A DNA stretch of 64,000 bases from Phaeosaccion multiseriatum (GCA_965112735.1 OZ218957.1:1860001-1924000); one strand, 5' to 3'; shown: positions 47,256 to 62,200, numbered from the stretch's first letter. A program made the numbers and translations. Notes: generated from the sequence alone by a model not told the origin.

Positions 47256-50200
47256 ATGCCCGGGGCCGGCAAGCAGGAGGAGCCGGTGCAGGATCAGCCT
47301 GAGCAGGGTGCAGCAACAGGTGTGGGGCAGGGACCGGCGGCGGAGACACCCGCAGCACCAGCACCAGTGCCAGGCAAAGAGGAGGAGGTTCGAAGGGCGC
47401 CTCTCTCGCCCACGCACCCAAACATGGGCAGCGGACCAACGAGAAGCGAAAAAGGCGGCCATCTTCGTGGCGACGTTGCAATTGTTGGAATGGCCTGCCG
47501 CTTCCCTGGAGGTGCCAACTCCGTTCCTGAGCTGTGGGACCTGCTCTGCAGGGAGGGCAGCGGCATCACAGACATGCCCACAGATAGGTGCGTGAGTGGG
47601 CGCTGGCTGGGTCTGGGCGACGGAACCTTGCTTGGAGAGGAGCGATGAGCGATGGGCAGCGTGCATCCATCACGGCGCTTATTAGCAATTTGCCCCCGGC
47701 TGGCGCGCTGGCTGCCGCAGCAGCAGATCTTGCTGGAGTGGTTGGGCGGGAGGGAGTTGGGATGGTAGTGGACGGGATGAGGGCTGAAGAATCACTGTAC
47801 ACACGTCGAGAGCTGATGGCTCCCACACTTTCTTTCTCTCCTTCACCCCGCCCCCTCCCTGCTTCACTGCCCTGCTTGCTGGCGCCTCCCAAAACACTCC
47901 TCCCGCGTTCGCGCACGTCTCTCTCACAGATGGGAGCCTGCGGCCTTGGACAGCGGTTACCCCACGCGGGGGGGCTTCCTCCCCGACGTAGAGCTGTTCG
48001 ATAACGCCTTCTTCAACATCTCTGACCCGGAGGCGTCCGCAATGGACCCTCAGCAGCGAGGTAAGCTCACCTGACCTCATCTCCTTGTGTTACTCGGACT
48101 TGTTTCGTCTTCAGTAGAACCAACGCTGTTCTCCTCAACACACGCAGTCATGTTGGAGGTGGCCTACGAGACCTTTCGCGACGCAGGGCTTGACAAGGAA
48201 GCTCTTCTTGAGAGCAGAACAGGTGGGTCGAGCGATGTATCACTATCAGTAGTAATGACTGAAGCAAATAGCGAGCAGGATCAGACGAAGAGGGAGCGGG
48301 ACAGAACTGCTCTGATGCTCTGATGGTCACTGACCTCACCACATACCTCACCACAAAGTCCTCTTCTCGAACGTCCAGGAGTGTTCGTCGGGTGCGGTAA
48401 CGGAGACTGGATGTCCAAAATGCAGTCCCACGCTCCTGGACCGTACGTTGCTACGGGCGCTTCAGAGGCTCTCGTGGCCAATCGGGTCTCCTTCGCCCTC
48501 GGTCTGACTGGACCTTCGCAGACCATCAACACGGCCTCTTCGTCCTCTCTCGTGGCCGTGCACCAGGCCTGCCGAGGCCTCCAAAGCCGCGACTGTGACA
48601 TGGCCCTGGCCGGAGGAGTGTCCATCATGACCAACCCCGAGCCCTTCTCCGCCATGTCATCGCTGCACTTGCTGTCAGACAAGTGCATGGTCTTTGATGC
48701 GGCTGCCAACGGCTACGTGCGGGCAGGTGAGCACGAGCGGCGCCTGCGAGACTGTAAAGAAGACTAGAAGGACGAGAATGAGATTGACATGTGGAGTAGC
48801 TTACCGCAGCCAGCGCTCTGATTCACGCCCTTTCCAGCTCCGCAAGGAGGGCGGTGAGAGGGAGAGGGAGACGGAATGAAAGAGGCGGGGAGAGGGAGAG
48901 AGGGGAAGAGGGAGCAGGCAGGAGCAGGAGAGGGAATGAGAGAGGGAATGAGAGAGGGAATGGGAGAAGCAAGGGGAGATGCATGGAGAGAAAGATCGGG
49001 AGAGCGAGAGAGGTAGCGGGAGAGAGAGAGAGAGGGCGAGACAGGGAGAGATGGAGAGGAGCAGGGGCAGAGACAAGGAGAAATGGAAAGAGAGAGGAAG
49101 GGGGGGAAATAGGGAAGGAGAGAAGTGCAGGATGAGAACGTCCTTCTTTGATGAACCTGATGAGAACGCCTCGACCACACCCTAGCTCACCCTCCAGTCA
49201 CCTCCATTTGCTGCGTGTGCCCTGCGGCTGCGAGCAGAGGGCTGCGGCGCCGTCGTGCTAAAGCGCCTCGAAGACGCCATAGAGGCCCAAGACAACATTT
49301 TGGCGGTGATTCGAGGCTCCTGCATCAATCACACGGGCCACGGCACGACCCTCACTGCCCCCAACGAAGCGGCACAGAAGGCCGTGGTCTTGGACTCCGT
49401 AGCAGAGGCGGGCATCGCTCTGTCCGACGTGAGCTTCATCGAGGCGCACGGCACGGGCACGCCCCTCGGGGACCGCACGGAGTGGGCTTCCATCGCCGGC
49501 ACCTATGGAGACCACGACCTGGCAACAGCCCGCCGTCTCGTCGTTGGAGCGATCAAGACCAACCTTGGTCACGCGGAGGCTGCGGCAGGCATTGCGGGGC
49601 TCATCAAGACGGTGCTGGTGCTCAGGCATGTCCAAGCGCCTCCCAACCTCAACCTGTCCACGCTGAACCCTGCACTGAAGACGGAGGGCAACAGCGCTCT
49701 GCTGCCCATCCCCGGACGCATGACCCCCATCTCCACCCGAATCGGAGGTGCGTTGGGGCCACTATTCAAAAACGTTTCCTGTGATCACTCACTCACTGAC
49801 CCACTCACTCAATCACTCACTCACTCACTTGTTCTCAATTTTTTTGCTAGATGATACCTACCCAGATTGGGAGGAAGAGTTATGCAAAAGCACGACTTCT
49901 AACAAGACCGGTGCTAGCAGTCGAACCCCCCCCCCCCCCGCACATGGTGACTTCTAACACACTCACTCACTCACTCACTCACTCACTCACTCACTCACTC
50001 ACTCACTCACTCACTCACTCACTCACTCACTCACTCACTCACTCACTCACTCACTCACTCACTCACTCACTCACTCACTCACTCCCGCACTCACTCCCGC
50101 ACTCACGCACTCACCCACTCACCCAATCACTCACTCACCCACTCTCACTGACTCGCTCGCTTCTTCTTGAGACAAGTTAAACTTTAGAGGGTATGAGCTA

Positions 50201-53200
50201 TCGTATGATGGTAAATGGCTGAACCCGTTCTCACCATGCCCTTCTGCTCGCTGTGGTTACTTCTGCTCCTTTTGCAGCTGTCAATTCCTTTGGGTTTGGC
50301 GGTGTCAATGCCCACGTCATTCTGGAGGGGACGGCCATCTCACACGCAGAGAAGACCAACGTCAGAGCCTCCCCGTTCACTAGCAGAAAGGCCTTCAGGC
50401 TGCTGCCCGCCCCACCGAGATCGGCGGCCGGAAAAAACTCCTTGGCAGCAGAGCTCCGCCGTGTCAGTCCAGCTGAACGCCAAGAGAGGCTTCGATCCGT
50501 CATCTCCGACATCGCCCTCTCCAGCACGGCAGGCTCTGTCGGCATCGACATGGACAAGCCTCTCATGGAGGCTGGCATGGATTCGTTGGCGCTCATGGAG
50601 CTGAGGCAGCGTCTGCACCTGCTCACGGACATTCCCGTTAGCAGTGCCGCCCTCTTCGCCCACCCCACCGTGGCGGCCTTGGCGGAGTGGTTGGGCTCAG
50701 CGCTCATGGAGGGAAGTGCGAGCAGCCTGCGCCTGTCCAGGAGGCTGCCATCGCCTCAGGGGGGGGGCGACCCCTCTGCCCCGCTTGCACTGGTGGGTAT
50801 GGCGTGCCGCTTCCCCGGAGGCGCAGACAGCCCTGAAGCTTTCTGGTCCATGCTACTGGAGGGGAGAGACTGCATCAGCGCCATGCCCCCGGGAAGATTC
50901 GCGGGTGCGGCAAAGGAGTGGCACGGAGGCTTCATCGACGGAGTGGAGATGTTCGACAACGCCGTGTTTCGCATCTCCGCGGCCGAGGCGGAGGCCATGG
51001 ACCCCACTCAGCGCATCATGCTCGAGGTCGGCTACGAGGCGCTGCACGCGGCAGGCTTCTCTGTGGACACGCTGCGCAACAGCAGCACCGGAGTATTCGT
51101 GGGCGCCATGCAGCACGGCGACTGGGCCGCGCTCAACAAAGACGGGGCCGCCAAGACCCACTCTATGATGGGCCAGTCAGCGAGCTGCCCTGCAAACCGC
51201 CTGTCCTACGCGCTGGGCTTGAGCGGTCCGAGTATGTCCGTTGATACGCTCTGCTCTTCGTCACTCGTTGCCCTGGACGCGGCGTGTCGTTATCTTCGCC
51301 TCGGCACGTGCGAAGCTGCGGTGGTGGGAGGTGTGAACTTGCTGCTCGGCGCCCGGTCCTTCGAGCTGCTCGACAACGGAGGTTTCCTGTCCAAGGACTG
51401 GTACGTAATAATTGACTCAGGGGCTTATTATTACGAGTAGAGTCGTGGTGTTTGGTTGACAGGTACTTCGACTACAAACATGTTATTAATCTCTCTCATG
51501 GCCTTGTCGTCCTCCGCTCCCGTCTGCCTCTTGCATGCCCTCCTCAGGCGCTGCAAGACGTTCGACACCTCGGCCAACGGCTATGTCCGAGGAGAGGGTT
51601 GCGGTGCCGTAGTGCTGAAACGGCTTGATGACGCGGAGCGCAACGGAGACAACATCCTGGCTGTCGTGCGGGGAAGCGGCGTGAACCACAACGGGCGCTC
51701 TATGCGACTCACGGCACCGAGTCCCGACGCGCAGCAGACTCTGATTGAGGCAGCCTTGGAGGAGGCCGGTGTAGAGGGCTCCGAGGTTCACTTCGTGGAG
51801 GCGCACGGCACCGGCACGGCCCTTGGCGACCCCATCGAGATGAGCGCCCTCAAAGCCGCCTATGGAGAAGGGCGGGAGAGCTCTTTCCCACTCATGGTCG
51901 GAGCTGTCAAGACCAACATTGGTCACTTGGAGGGCGCCGCAGGCATCGCGGGACTCATCAAGACCATCCTCGCCCTTCAGCACCGAGCTGCTCCACGCAA
52001 TCTGCACCTCGGCAAGCTCAATCCTGAGATTGATGTTGATGGATTCGCGGTGGCATTCCCTTCGTCAAGACTATCTCCATTGGGTAGCGAGGAGGGACAC
52101 CTCCATGACCGCGAGGAGGTGCTGTACGCAGGAGTAAGCTCGTTCGGAGCAGGAGGCACCAACGCGCATGTGGTGCTGAGCAGCGCTGCGCGGAGCGTGG
52201 AGGGACGGGTCTCGAAAGCGCCGAAGAGGAGTGAGGATACGGAGGTCGCCTCACCTGCGCACGTCTTTCTCTTCACGGGGCAAGGCTCGCAGTACCCCGG
52301 AATGGGCAAGGAGCTCTACGACGAGGTTAGTTGATTCGTTGCGCGCACCATCTCCGTCTAGCTCTCTTGTCATAGCCCCTGTTGTGCTCCATCACCTCGG
52401 CCTACCTGCCCTCGTTCTCATATTCGTCTCTCTCTCTTATTCCCTCCGCTCTCTGTGCCTCTCTTTTGGTGCCTCAATAGCGTGTGGTCTTTCGCGAGTG
52501 CGTGCAGCGGTGCAGCGGACTGCTCATGGAGCGGGACTGGCTAGACAAGTCCGTGGTAGAGCTCATGTACCCTGCCACGGCGGGGAAAGAGGAGGAGGAG
52601 GAGGAGGAGCGTGCACAAGCCCTGCTGAAGGAGACACGCTACTGCCAGCCATGCCTGTTCGTGCTGGAGTACGCCCTGTGTGAGCTGTGGAAGTCGGAGG
52701 GCGTGGAGCCTTTCATGGTGATGGGCCACAGCCTGGGCGAGGTAGCGGCGGCGTGCGTGGCCGGCGTCATGTCGCTGGAGGACGGGCTGATGTTGTCCGC
52801 CAAGAGAGGAGCCGCCATGCAGGCCTGCCCCAAGGGGGATGGAGTGATGATCGCAGTGAGGGCAGGCAGGCAAGCAACAATGGCTAGCATCGACGCTGCG
52901 GGAGTGGCAGGCGAGGTGGTGCTGGCGTCCTCCAACGGCCCTCAGGCCTGCGTGATCTCTGGCGCTCGCACCGCTGTGGACAAGGTGGTGGAGAAGCTCA
53001 CGGCAGATGGGGTGGGCTGCAAGGCCCTGGAAGTGTCGCATGCCTTCCACTCGCCCCTGATGCAGCCCGCTGTGCGTTCTCTGGAGGAGGCTCTAAGTGA
53101 GGTGTCACTCAACGCCCCACGCATTCCCCTGGTGTCCAACGTGACAGGCGAGGTGGTGAAGGCTGAGGAGGTGACGCAGGTAGCGTACTGGGTGCAGCAC

Positions 53201-56200
53201 ATGCTATCGCCGGTGCTGTTCGCGGAGAGCATCACCACGCTGCTCCGGGAGAGGCCTGAAGGTGTACGAGTGGTAGAGATTGGGCCCAGCTCTGTGCTGA
53301 TCAACATGGCGCGGCAATGCGAGGGAGAGAGGTCGGACGTGATGTGGCAGCCGTCCATGCGGCGGGAGGGGAGCGACACCACCTCGTTCGACAGAGCAGT
53401 GGCGGCAGTGCTGGGCAGGCCCACACCTCTGTTCCCCACCCGTCGTGCGCTCCCTTGGTTCGAGCAGCAGGCGCATGCGATGATTCCAAGCGGCGGCGTC
53501 GTCGAGAAGAAGGGAGGAACACTCCTCTCATGCCGCTTCACCCCTCAGCTCAAGGGCTTGCTGCAAGATCACGCGGTGGGAGGAGTGGTGCTCATGCCGG
53601 GCATGGGGTACATCGAGATTGGCCTTGCCGCCTTGCTGAAGGGCAAGCCTTTCCCTGGCGAGAGGCAAGTGGTCCTGAAGGGCCTGGTCTTCATGTCTCC
53701 ACTGGAAATTGCAGGCGCTCGTGCCCCCGATGTGGACCGTACGGTGGAGGGCTCCACCACTGTGGTCGCTTCTGAAGTCAGTGCCTTCATCACTGCCCGC
53801 GGCAGCGTGCAGTTTATCGAAGGTCCCCACGACAAGGCTGGGGAGACGGTGGCGAAGGCAACTTCCCTTCAATTGCGCGCAAGGACGGAGGCAGAGGCAT
53901 TGGACGTGGCGCGGGTGAGAGCCGCGGTGGGAGACGAGGACATCGCCGAGGGGCTCTACCTCAAGCTTGCCAGTGCTGGTTATGACTACGGTGCCAGCTT
54001 TGTCCGAACGCAGCACCTGTTCGCCGCCAGTGGACAGGCCTTGTCCGTTGCGGCGGCAATGGATGGCAGCCTATCGGCGGAGTGGGAGATCAACGGCTTC
54101 TACCTCCACCCTGCAGTCCTGGATAATGCCGCGCACACCATGCTGGCGCTCTTGCCTGAGGAGCTGACGAGCAAGGCCTTTGCCGCCGTCTTCTTGCCCA
54201 CCGGCTGCGAAGAGGTGCTTGTGCGAGGGGCCATCACGGGCGAGAAGGTGTGGGTGCATGCGGTGGCGAACGAGGTGGACTCTCAAGCTCTTGCGATCGA
54301 GTGCGACGTCGTGATAGCACACTTCGAGACGAAGCAAGTGCTCGTGCAGCTCAACCACTTCCGGATGCAGCTGGCCCGAGGCTTCTCCCGCACCAACCCC
54401 GTCAACCGAGCGCTGTATTCTCTACAGTGGCTGCCCAACGATTCCATCTCCCGCAGCAGAGGTGACGTGGAAGAGCGAGAGGAAGCTTGGCTGCTCCTCA
54501 CCAGCGGCGCTCGTGGCAGCTTGGACAAGGCAGCGAAAGAGAGCTTGCCCATCTCTGTGACACTGACGGAGAGGGAGATCAGGAGCATCGACGACTCCAC
54601 CCTCGCTTCAGAAGCGCCAGCAGGATGGGGCCGTGTGGTGTGCACCTTGTTCGGCGGCAAGCAGCAGAGCCCTAGCCAAGAGGCACAGACACTCCTCTTG
54701 TTGCTACAGCAGCTTTTACGAAGGCCAGCTCCTTTGATGGTGCTGGTGCAGGACACGCTGAGCGGCGGCGAGGGGTGGAGGCATCACTGGGTGTACGGCA
54801 TGATTCGAACCGCTCGTGCCGAGCACCCTTCGCTGGCCATCACGGTGGTGGACGTGGGCAGCGTGGACCTTCCCAAGTGCTGGGCCATCGCGTCACTGGG
54901 GCAGGACGTGTGGGTGCGAGACGGACGATATCTCACGCCTCACCTGACGCCCTCAACAGACACGCACCTCCCATTCTCCTTTGATCTCATGGTGAGGGGA
55001 AGCATCGAAGGCGGCTTGAAGCGCAGAGACGTACTCCCTTCCGAGAGAGACGCTGCCTTGCAGGACGGGGAGATTGAAATTTGTGTCAAGGCGGTGGGGC
55101 TCAACTTCAGAGACGTGCTGAATGTGCTGGACCTGTACCCTGGCGACCCTGGACAGCCTGGCATCGAGCTATCGGGGGTGGTCACTCGAGCATCGCGAAA
55201 CTCGCGCTTTCAAGTGGGAGACAAGGTCTACGGGTTTCCGGACAAGGGCTGCTTCTGCTCCCACGTAACGACAAGTGACGTGTGTCTGGCCAACATGCCT
55301 TCCAACAGGACGTTCGATGACATGGCAGCGCTGCCCATCGCGTGGCTCACAGTGGTGCACGCCTTTGAGCAACTCGCTGGCTTGAAGCGTGGTGAGAAGG
55401 TGCTCATCCATGCCGCGTCAGGTGGAGTGGGTCTCGTGGCCGTGCAGATTGCTCAGCGCATCGGAGCGGAGATCTACGCCACTGCTGGATCCGGGGAGAA
55501 GCACGCCTACTTGCGAGGCATGGGCGTGAAGAACATTGCGTCGTCGCGAGATGCGGAGGCCTTCAAGGCTTCCATGGGAGCTGCAAAGGTGGATGTGGTG
55601 CTTAATTGCCTGTCCGACAACTTCATCTCTTACTCTCTGGAGCTGCTGACGAAGAACGGGCGCTTCATGGAGATCGGCAAGCGAGGCGTGTGGACCAGGG
55701 AGGCGATGAAGGCTGCCAGGCCCGACGTGCTATACGAGCTGATTGCACTGGACTCCATGATAGCAGACGACTTCAAGGCCGAGAAGCAGGGCTGGGCGTT
55801 CGCTGGGCTGGAGCAGCTGACAGCGGACAGCGAGGCGGGCAGGGTCGAGGCGCTACCAGTGAAGACATTCGACTTGAGGGATGAGCTTGCGGAGGCAATG
55901 AACTTCCTCAGAACTGCGAAGCACATTGGGAAGGTTGTGCTCAGTAGCCCTGAGTGTGGTATTCCCGTCGTGCGAGACGGGACTTACGTCATCAGCGGTG
56001 GGCTGGGGGCGCTGGGGCTGGCGACTGCGAAGCATTTGGCTGATAAAGGAGCTCGTCATCTTGTACTGCTCTCGCGAGGGGGAAAGGTCAAGGCGGACTC
56101 CCAGTCGCTGTGGGAGGAGCTTCTCACCGTGGCTGGCGGGGTGAGCACCAAGGCTGTATCGTGCAACGTGTCTAGCGCGCAGTCGCTTGAGAAGGCTCTA

Positions 56201-59200
56201 GGCACGGCGCTCAGTAGCATGCCGCCCGTACGAGGTGTCATCCACGCTGCTGGTGTGCTCGACGATCGCTTGCTGGTGGACCAGACGCCCGAGAGTATCG
56301 AAGAGGTCTTCAAGCCGAAGGTGGAGGGCGCTTGGAATCTGCACGAGCTGTCGCTGCAGATGGCCTGGCCCTTGGACTTCTTTGTGTCCTACACATCCAT
56401 GGCAGGTGTGTTAGGCAATGCAGGCCAGGCCAACTATGCTGCAGCCAACGCTGCTGTGGACGGGCTGATGCAGCATCGTCGGCGTCTCGGTCACTCCAGC
56501 TCTGTGGCCCTCCAGTGGGGGCCGTGGGGCGAAGCTGGCATGGCCGCTCGGTCCGAAGTTGCCATGGCCAGTCTGGAGATGGCCGGCGTTGGGCTCATCA
56601 GTAAGGCATTGGGTATGGCGGCGCTTGATGCCGGCGTGTCAGCTCCATCTGCGGCATCGCGCGAGCTCTTGGTTCTGCCTGGCATGGACTGGCCCGCCTT
56701 CTCTGAGGCTGCTGGCAACCCCGGGATGCTCGATGCTCTCGTTAGAGAGGCTTCGATGATGGGACCGCAGAACAAGGCTAGCAACAGCGTGACTACCGAG
56801 GTTAAGCGCGACCTACTCGAGCTTTCGGAGGGAGAGCGAAAGCCCATGCTGCAGGCTTTAATCATGGAGATGGCAAAAGCATGCATTGGGGAAGCAGGCA
56901 TCGAGCTCGACGCTTTGAGGCCTTTGATGGAGGCTGGGCTGGACTCCATGTCTACGGTGGAGCTTCGGAGTCGACTCCAAGCTCGCTTCGGCGTGCCGGT
57001 CCCCAACGATGTGCTCTTCAGTCACCCCTCAGTGGCAGCGCTGACTGAGTGGCTCGAGGGCTTGGTGATGGGAGCTGAGGAGGGTGAAGAAGAGAGGAAT
57101 GCTGAACCGGCTGGAGGTAGCATGACTGCCCCCCTGGCTGTTGTGGGCATGGCGTGCCGCTTTCCGGGGGGCTCGAACAGTCCAGAGGCCTTCTGGTCAA
57201 TGCTGCGCGCAGGTACTGACTGCATTCAGACTGCCCCTCTGAGCCGGTGGGCGGGAAAAGAGGGGAGCGAAGATTGGCAAGGCAGCTTCATTGCTGACGT
57301 GGAAATGTTTGACCCTGCCGTATTCGGCATCTCGTTTGCCGAAGCGGCTGCGATGGATCCGCACCAGCGAGTGATGCTGGAGGTTGGATACGAGGCATTG
57401 GTCAACGCGGGGTGCGACAAAGCAAGCTTGGCGGGCAGTCGGGCAGGCGTCTTCATCGGCATGATGAGCCTCGGCGACTGGGGCTACCAGGGCAAGGATG
57501 TAGGGGCTGGAGTATACCGCACTATGGGTCGCATCCAATGTGGCGTTGCCAATCGGCTCTCGTACGTGCTGGGGCTGCAGGGCCCGTCCATGACCACTGA
57601 CACGGCGTGCTCGTCATCGCTGGTGGCCTTGGAAAACGCTTGCAGCAGCTTACGCATGGGCAAGTGCGATTCCGCTGTCGTCGGGGGCGTCAATTGCTTG
57701 CTCGGGCCAGTAGCCTTTGAGGACATTCAGGGCAGCGGCTTCCTGTCGCCGGACTGGTAAGTGCTTCCATTTTGTACCTCCTCCTCCGTCTCGTCCGACG
57801 TTACTTGCGCCGCCGACTAAAACTCCCCTCACGCTTCCCATGCCCTTCTCAGGCGCTGCAAGACGTTCGACGCGTCGGCAAACGGATACGTGCGTGGTGA
57901 AGGATGCGGTGCCGTTGTGCTGAAACTTTTGGATGACGCCCTCGCTGCCGGAGACACGGTCCTCGCTGTGATTGAGGGCTGTGCCGTGAACCACAACGGA
58001 ACCAGTGCCCGCCTCACGGCCCCCAGCCCCGCCGCCCAGCAGAGACTCATCGAGGCGACGCTGCGTGAGGCCGGTCGAGAGGGCTCCGAGGTACGCATCG
58101 TGGAGGCACACGGCACGGGCACATCTCTCGGCGACCCAATCGAGATGAGTGCTCTCAGGGCCACGTACGGAAAGAACCGTGACGAGTCTTTCCCGCTGGT
58201 AGTGGGTGCGGTCAAGACCAACATTGGCCATCTGGAGGGTGCGGCGGGCATTGCCGGGCTCATCAAGGCCGTCTTGATGCTGCAGCACCGCGCCGTGCCC
58301 GCCAACCTTCACCTCGAGAGCGTCAACCCGGAGCTGGACATGGACGGCTTCCCCGTGCAGCTCCCGTCGGTGATGGTGCAGCTGGAGGACGAGGGAGATA
58401 TGTTGGTGGGGGTGAGCTCATTCGGGGCGGGAGGAACGAATGCACACGTGCTGCTGAGGAGCCATGGGGAGAAGAGTGACTCCGTACTGACGGCTGGTAT
58501 GAAAAGCGATGGGGGGCCCGTCGTCAAGGAGGAGGCGCTCTTCCCGAATCGTGTGGCCTTCCCGTGGTACAAGAGCGATTATCACGCTTTATTTCCGAGT
58601 GGAGGGGTGCGAGATGAGAAGGGCGGGGTGCTGCTGTCCTGCCCATTCTCTCCAAGGCTCAAGGGCCTGCTGCAGGAGCACGCAGTGGGGGGGGTGGTGC
58701 TCATGCCCGGCATGGGCTACATTGAGCTGGCCCTGGCCACGCTGCTGAGGGGCGAGGCCTTCCCCGCAGATGGCCAGGTGCGCATGAAGGGCCTCGTCTT
58801 CACGGCCCCGCTAGAGGTGGCAGGCGTCTGTGTACCTGGCGTGGAGCGGATGGTGGATGGGTCCACGACGGTGGCATGCTCGGAGGTGAACGTGTTCCTC
58901 TCTGCCCACGGTAAGACGCGGATCACGGGCGGCTCCCGCGGCAAGGCAGGTGAGGCTGTGGCCAGGGCGGCGTCAGTGGTGCTGGAGGCAAGAGAGGCTA
59001 CTGCAATGATGGACGTGAGGAGCATCCAGGAGGCAGTGGGGCAGCGAGACGTGTCGGGTGAGCTGTACGCCACGTTCGCCAAGGCCGGCTTCAACTACGG
59101 CCCCCGCTTCAGGCGGACAGAGCGCTTGTACGCTGCCGAGGGACAGGCTCTGTCCGTATCGACAGCGCAGGACCCCAGCCTGTGCTCTGAGTGGGAGGTG

Positions 59201-62200
59201 CGTGGATTCTACCTCCACCCCGCCGTCCTGGACAGTGCCGCACACACCATGCTTGCGCTTCTACCTTCTGATCTAACCAAGGGTGGTACGTTCTTGCCAG
59301 CTGGATGCAATGACGTGGTTGCGAAGGGCGCCATCAGAGGAGACAAGGTGTGGGTGCATACCGTGCTCACCGAGATCAGCGACAAGCGCGACAGCGTCAA
59401 CTTTGACATTGTCATTGCCGACTTTGACAGCCAGTACGTGCTCGTGACCATGAAGGGCGTCAAGCTGCAGAGGGCCAAGGGCTTTACGCTCCTGAACCCT
59501 CTTCGTCGAGCCTTATACTATCTGGAGTGGCAGCCAGACAAGGCTCTGGCTCTGGCAACCACCACGGGGAAGGATGGTGTGGAGAAGGAGACGTGGCTGG
59601 CTTTGGTAGATAGAGTAAGTGCAGCTACAGCGTTGGTGAAGCGTATTGAGCAATCAGTGCCCGAGCACGTTACGCTGCGTGTGCAGGAGCGTGCCTATGA
59701 CCAAGATGTGGTGAGGGCCTTGGAGAGGGGCGAGTGGTCGCGAGTGCTGTACGTGATCGGCGGTGGGAGAGAGGAGGGACAGACGGCAAGGTCATCAGCC
59801 AGCGCCGCTCAGCAGGAAGCACAGAAGCTGCTGGCGGTAACGCAGCAGCTGGCCAAGAGACTAATCCCCTTGATGGTGCTACTACACGACACGCTGAGCG
59901 GGGGGGGCGAGGGATGGGCACACATGCTGGTCTTTGGCATGATTCGCTCCGTTCGTATCGAGCGGCCAGAGATGCAGATCATGGTCGTGGAAGCGGATGT
60001 GGAGGACATGAGCTTGGTGTTGTGTCTTCCCCTCCAGAGTCAGGACGTGCGTGTGCAAGGAGGAGAGTGCGAGACGCCTCAGCTGACTCGCTCCTCGGTA
60101 GTCAGCCTTCCCTTCTCCTTCGATCTCATGGCGAGGGGAAGCATCGAAGGAGGCTTGAAGCGCAGAGACGTACTCCCTTCCGAGAGAGACACTGCCTTGC
60201 AGGACGGGGAGATTGAAATTTGTGTCAAGGCGGTGGGGCTCAACTTCAGAGACGTGCTGAACGTGCTCGACCTGTACCCTGGCGACCCTGGACAGCCTGG
60301 CATCGAGCTATCGGGGGTGGTCACTCGAGCATCGCGAAACTCGCGCTTTCAAGTGGGAGACAAGGTCTACGGGTTTCCGGACAAGGGCTGCTTCTGCTCC
60401 CACGTAACGACAAGTGACGTGTGTCTGGCCAACATGCCTTCCAACAGGACGTTCGATGACATGGCAGCGCTGCCCATCGCGTGGCTCACAGTGGTGCACG
60501 CCTTTGAGCAACTCGCTGGCTTGAAGCGTGGTGAGAAGGTGCTCATCCATGCCGCGTCAGGTGGAGTGGGTCTGGTGGCCGTGCAGATTGCTCAGCGCAT
60601 CGGAGCGGAGATCTACGCCACTGCTGGATCCGAGGAGAAGCACGCCTACTTGCGAGGCCTGGGCGTGAAGAACATTGCGTCGTCGCGAGATGCGGAGGCC
60701 TTCAAGGCTTCCATGGGAGCTGCAAAGGTGGATGTGGTGCTCAATTGCCTGTCCGACAACTTCATCCCTTACTCTCTGGAGCTGCTGACGAAGAACGGGC
60801 GCTTCATGGAGATCGGCAAGCGAGGCGTGTGGACCAGGGAGGCGATGAAGGCTGCCAGGCCCGACGTGCTGTACGAGCTGATTGCGCTGGACTCCATGAT
60901 AGCAGACGACTTCAAGGCCGAGAAGCAGGGCTGGGCGTTCGCTGGGCTGGAGCAGCTGACAGCGGACAGTGAGGCGGGCAGGGCTGAGGCGCTACCAGTG
61001 AAGGCGTTCGACTTGAGGGATGAGCTTGCGGAGGCAATGAACTTCCTCAGAACTGCGAAGCATATAGGGAAGGTTGTGCTCAGTAGCCCTGAGTGTGGCA
61101 TTCCCGTCGTGCGAGATGGGACTTACGTTATCAGCGGTGGGCTGGGGGCACTGGGGCTGGCGACTGCGAAGCATTTGGCTGATAAAGGAGCTCGTCATCT
61201 TGTACTGCTCTCGCGAGGGGGAAGGGTCAAGGCGGACTCCCAGGCGCTGTGGGAGGAGCTTCTCACCGTGCCCGGCGGGGTGAGCACCAGGGCTGTATCG
61301 TGCGACGTGTCTAGCGCGCAGTCGCTTGAGAAGGCCCTAGGCACGGCGCTCAGCAGCATGCCGCCCGTGCGAGGTGTCATCCATGCTGCTGGCGTGCTCG
61401 ACGATCGCTTGCTGGTGGACCAGACGCCCGAGAGTATCGACGAGGTCTTCAAGCCGAAGGTGGAGGGCGCTTGGAATCTGCACGAGCTGTCGCTGCAGAT
61501 GGCCTGGCCCTTGGACTTCTTTGTGTCCTACACATCCATGGCAGGTGTGTTAGGCAATGCAGGCCAGGCCAACTATGCTGCAGCCAACGCTGCTGTGGAC
61601 GGGCTGATGCAGCATCGTCGGCGTCTCGGTCACTCCAGCTCTGTGGCCCTGCAGTGGGGGCCGTGGGGCGAAGCTGGCATGGCCGCTCGGTCCGAAGTTG
61701 CCATGGCCAGTCTGGAGATGGCCGGCGTTGGGCTCATCAGTAAGGCATTGGGTATGGCGGCGCTTGATGCTGGCGTGTCAGCCCCATCTGCGGTATCGCG
61801 CGAGCTCTTGGTCCTGCCTGGCATGGACTGGCCCGCCTTTTCTCAGGCTGCTGGCAACCCGGGGATGCTTGATGCTCCTGTTAGAGAAGCTTCAATGGTT
61901 GGATCGCAGAACAAGGCTAGCAACAGTGTGACTACCGAGGTTAAGCGCGACCTACTGGAGCTTTCGGAGGAAGAGCGAAAGCCCATGCTGCAGGCTTTAA
62001 TCATGGAGATGGCAAAAGCATGCATTGGGGAAGCAGGCATCGAGCTCGACGCTTTGAGGCCTTTGATGGAGGCTGGGCTGGACTCCATGTCTACGGTGGA
62101 GCTTCGGAGTCGACTCCAAGCTCGCTTCGGCGTGTCCGTCCCCAACGACGTGCTTTTCAGTCACCCCTCAATCGTAGCACTGTCTACCTGGCTGGAAGCC

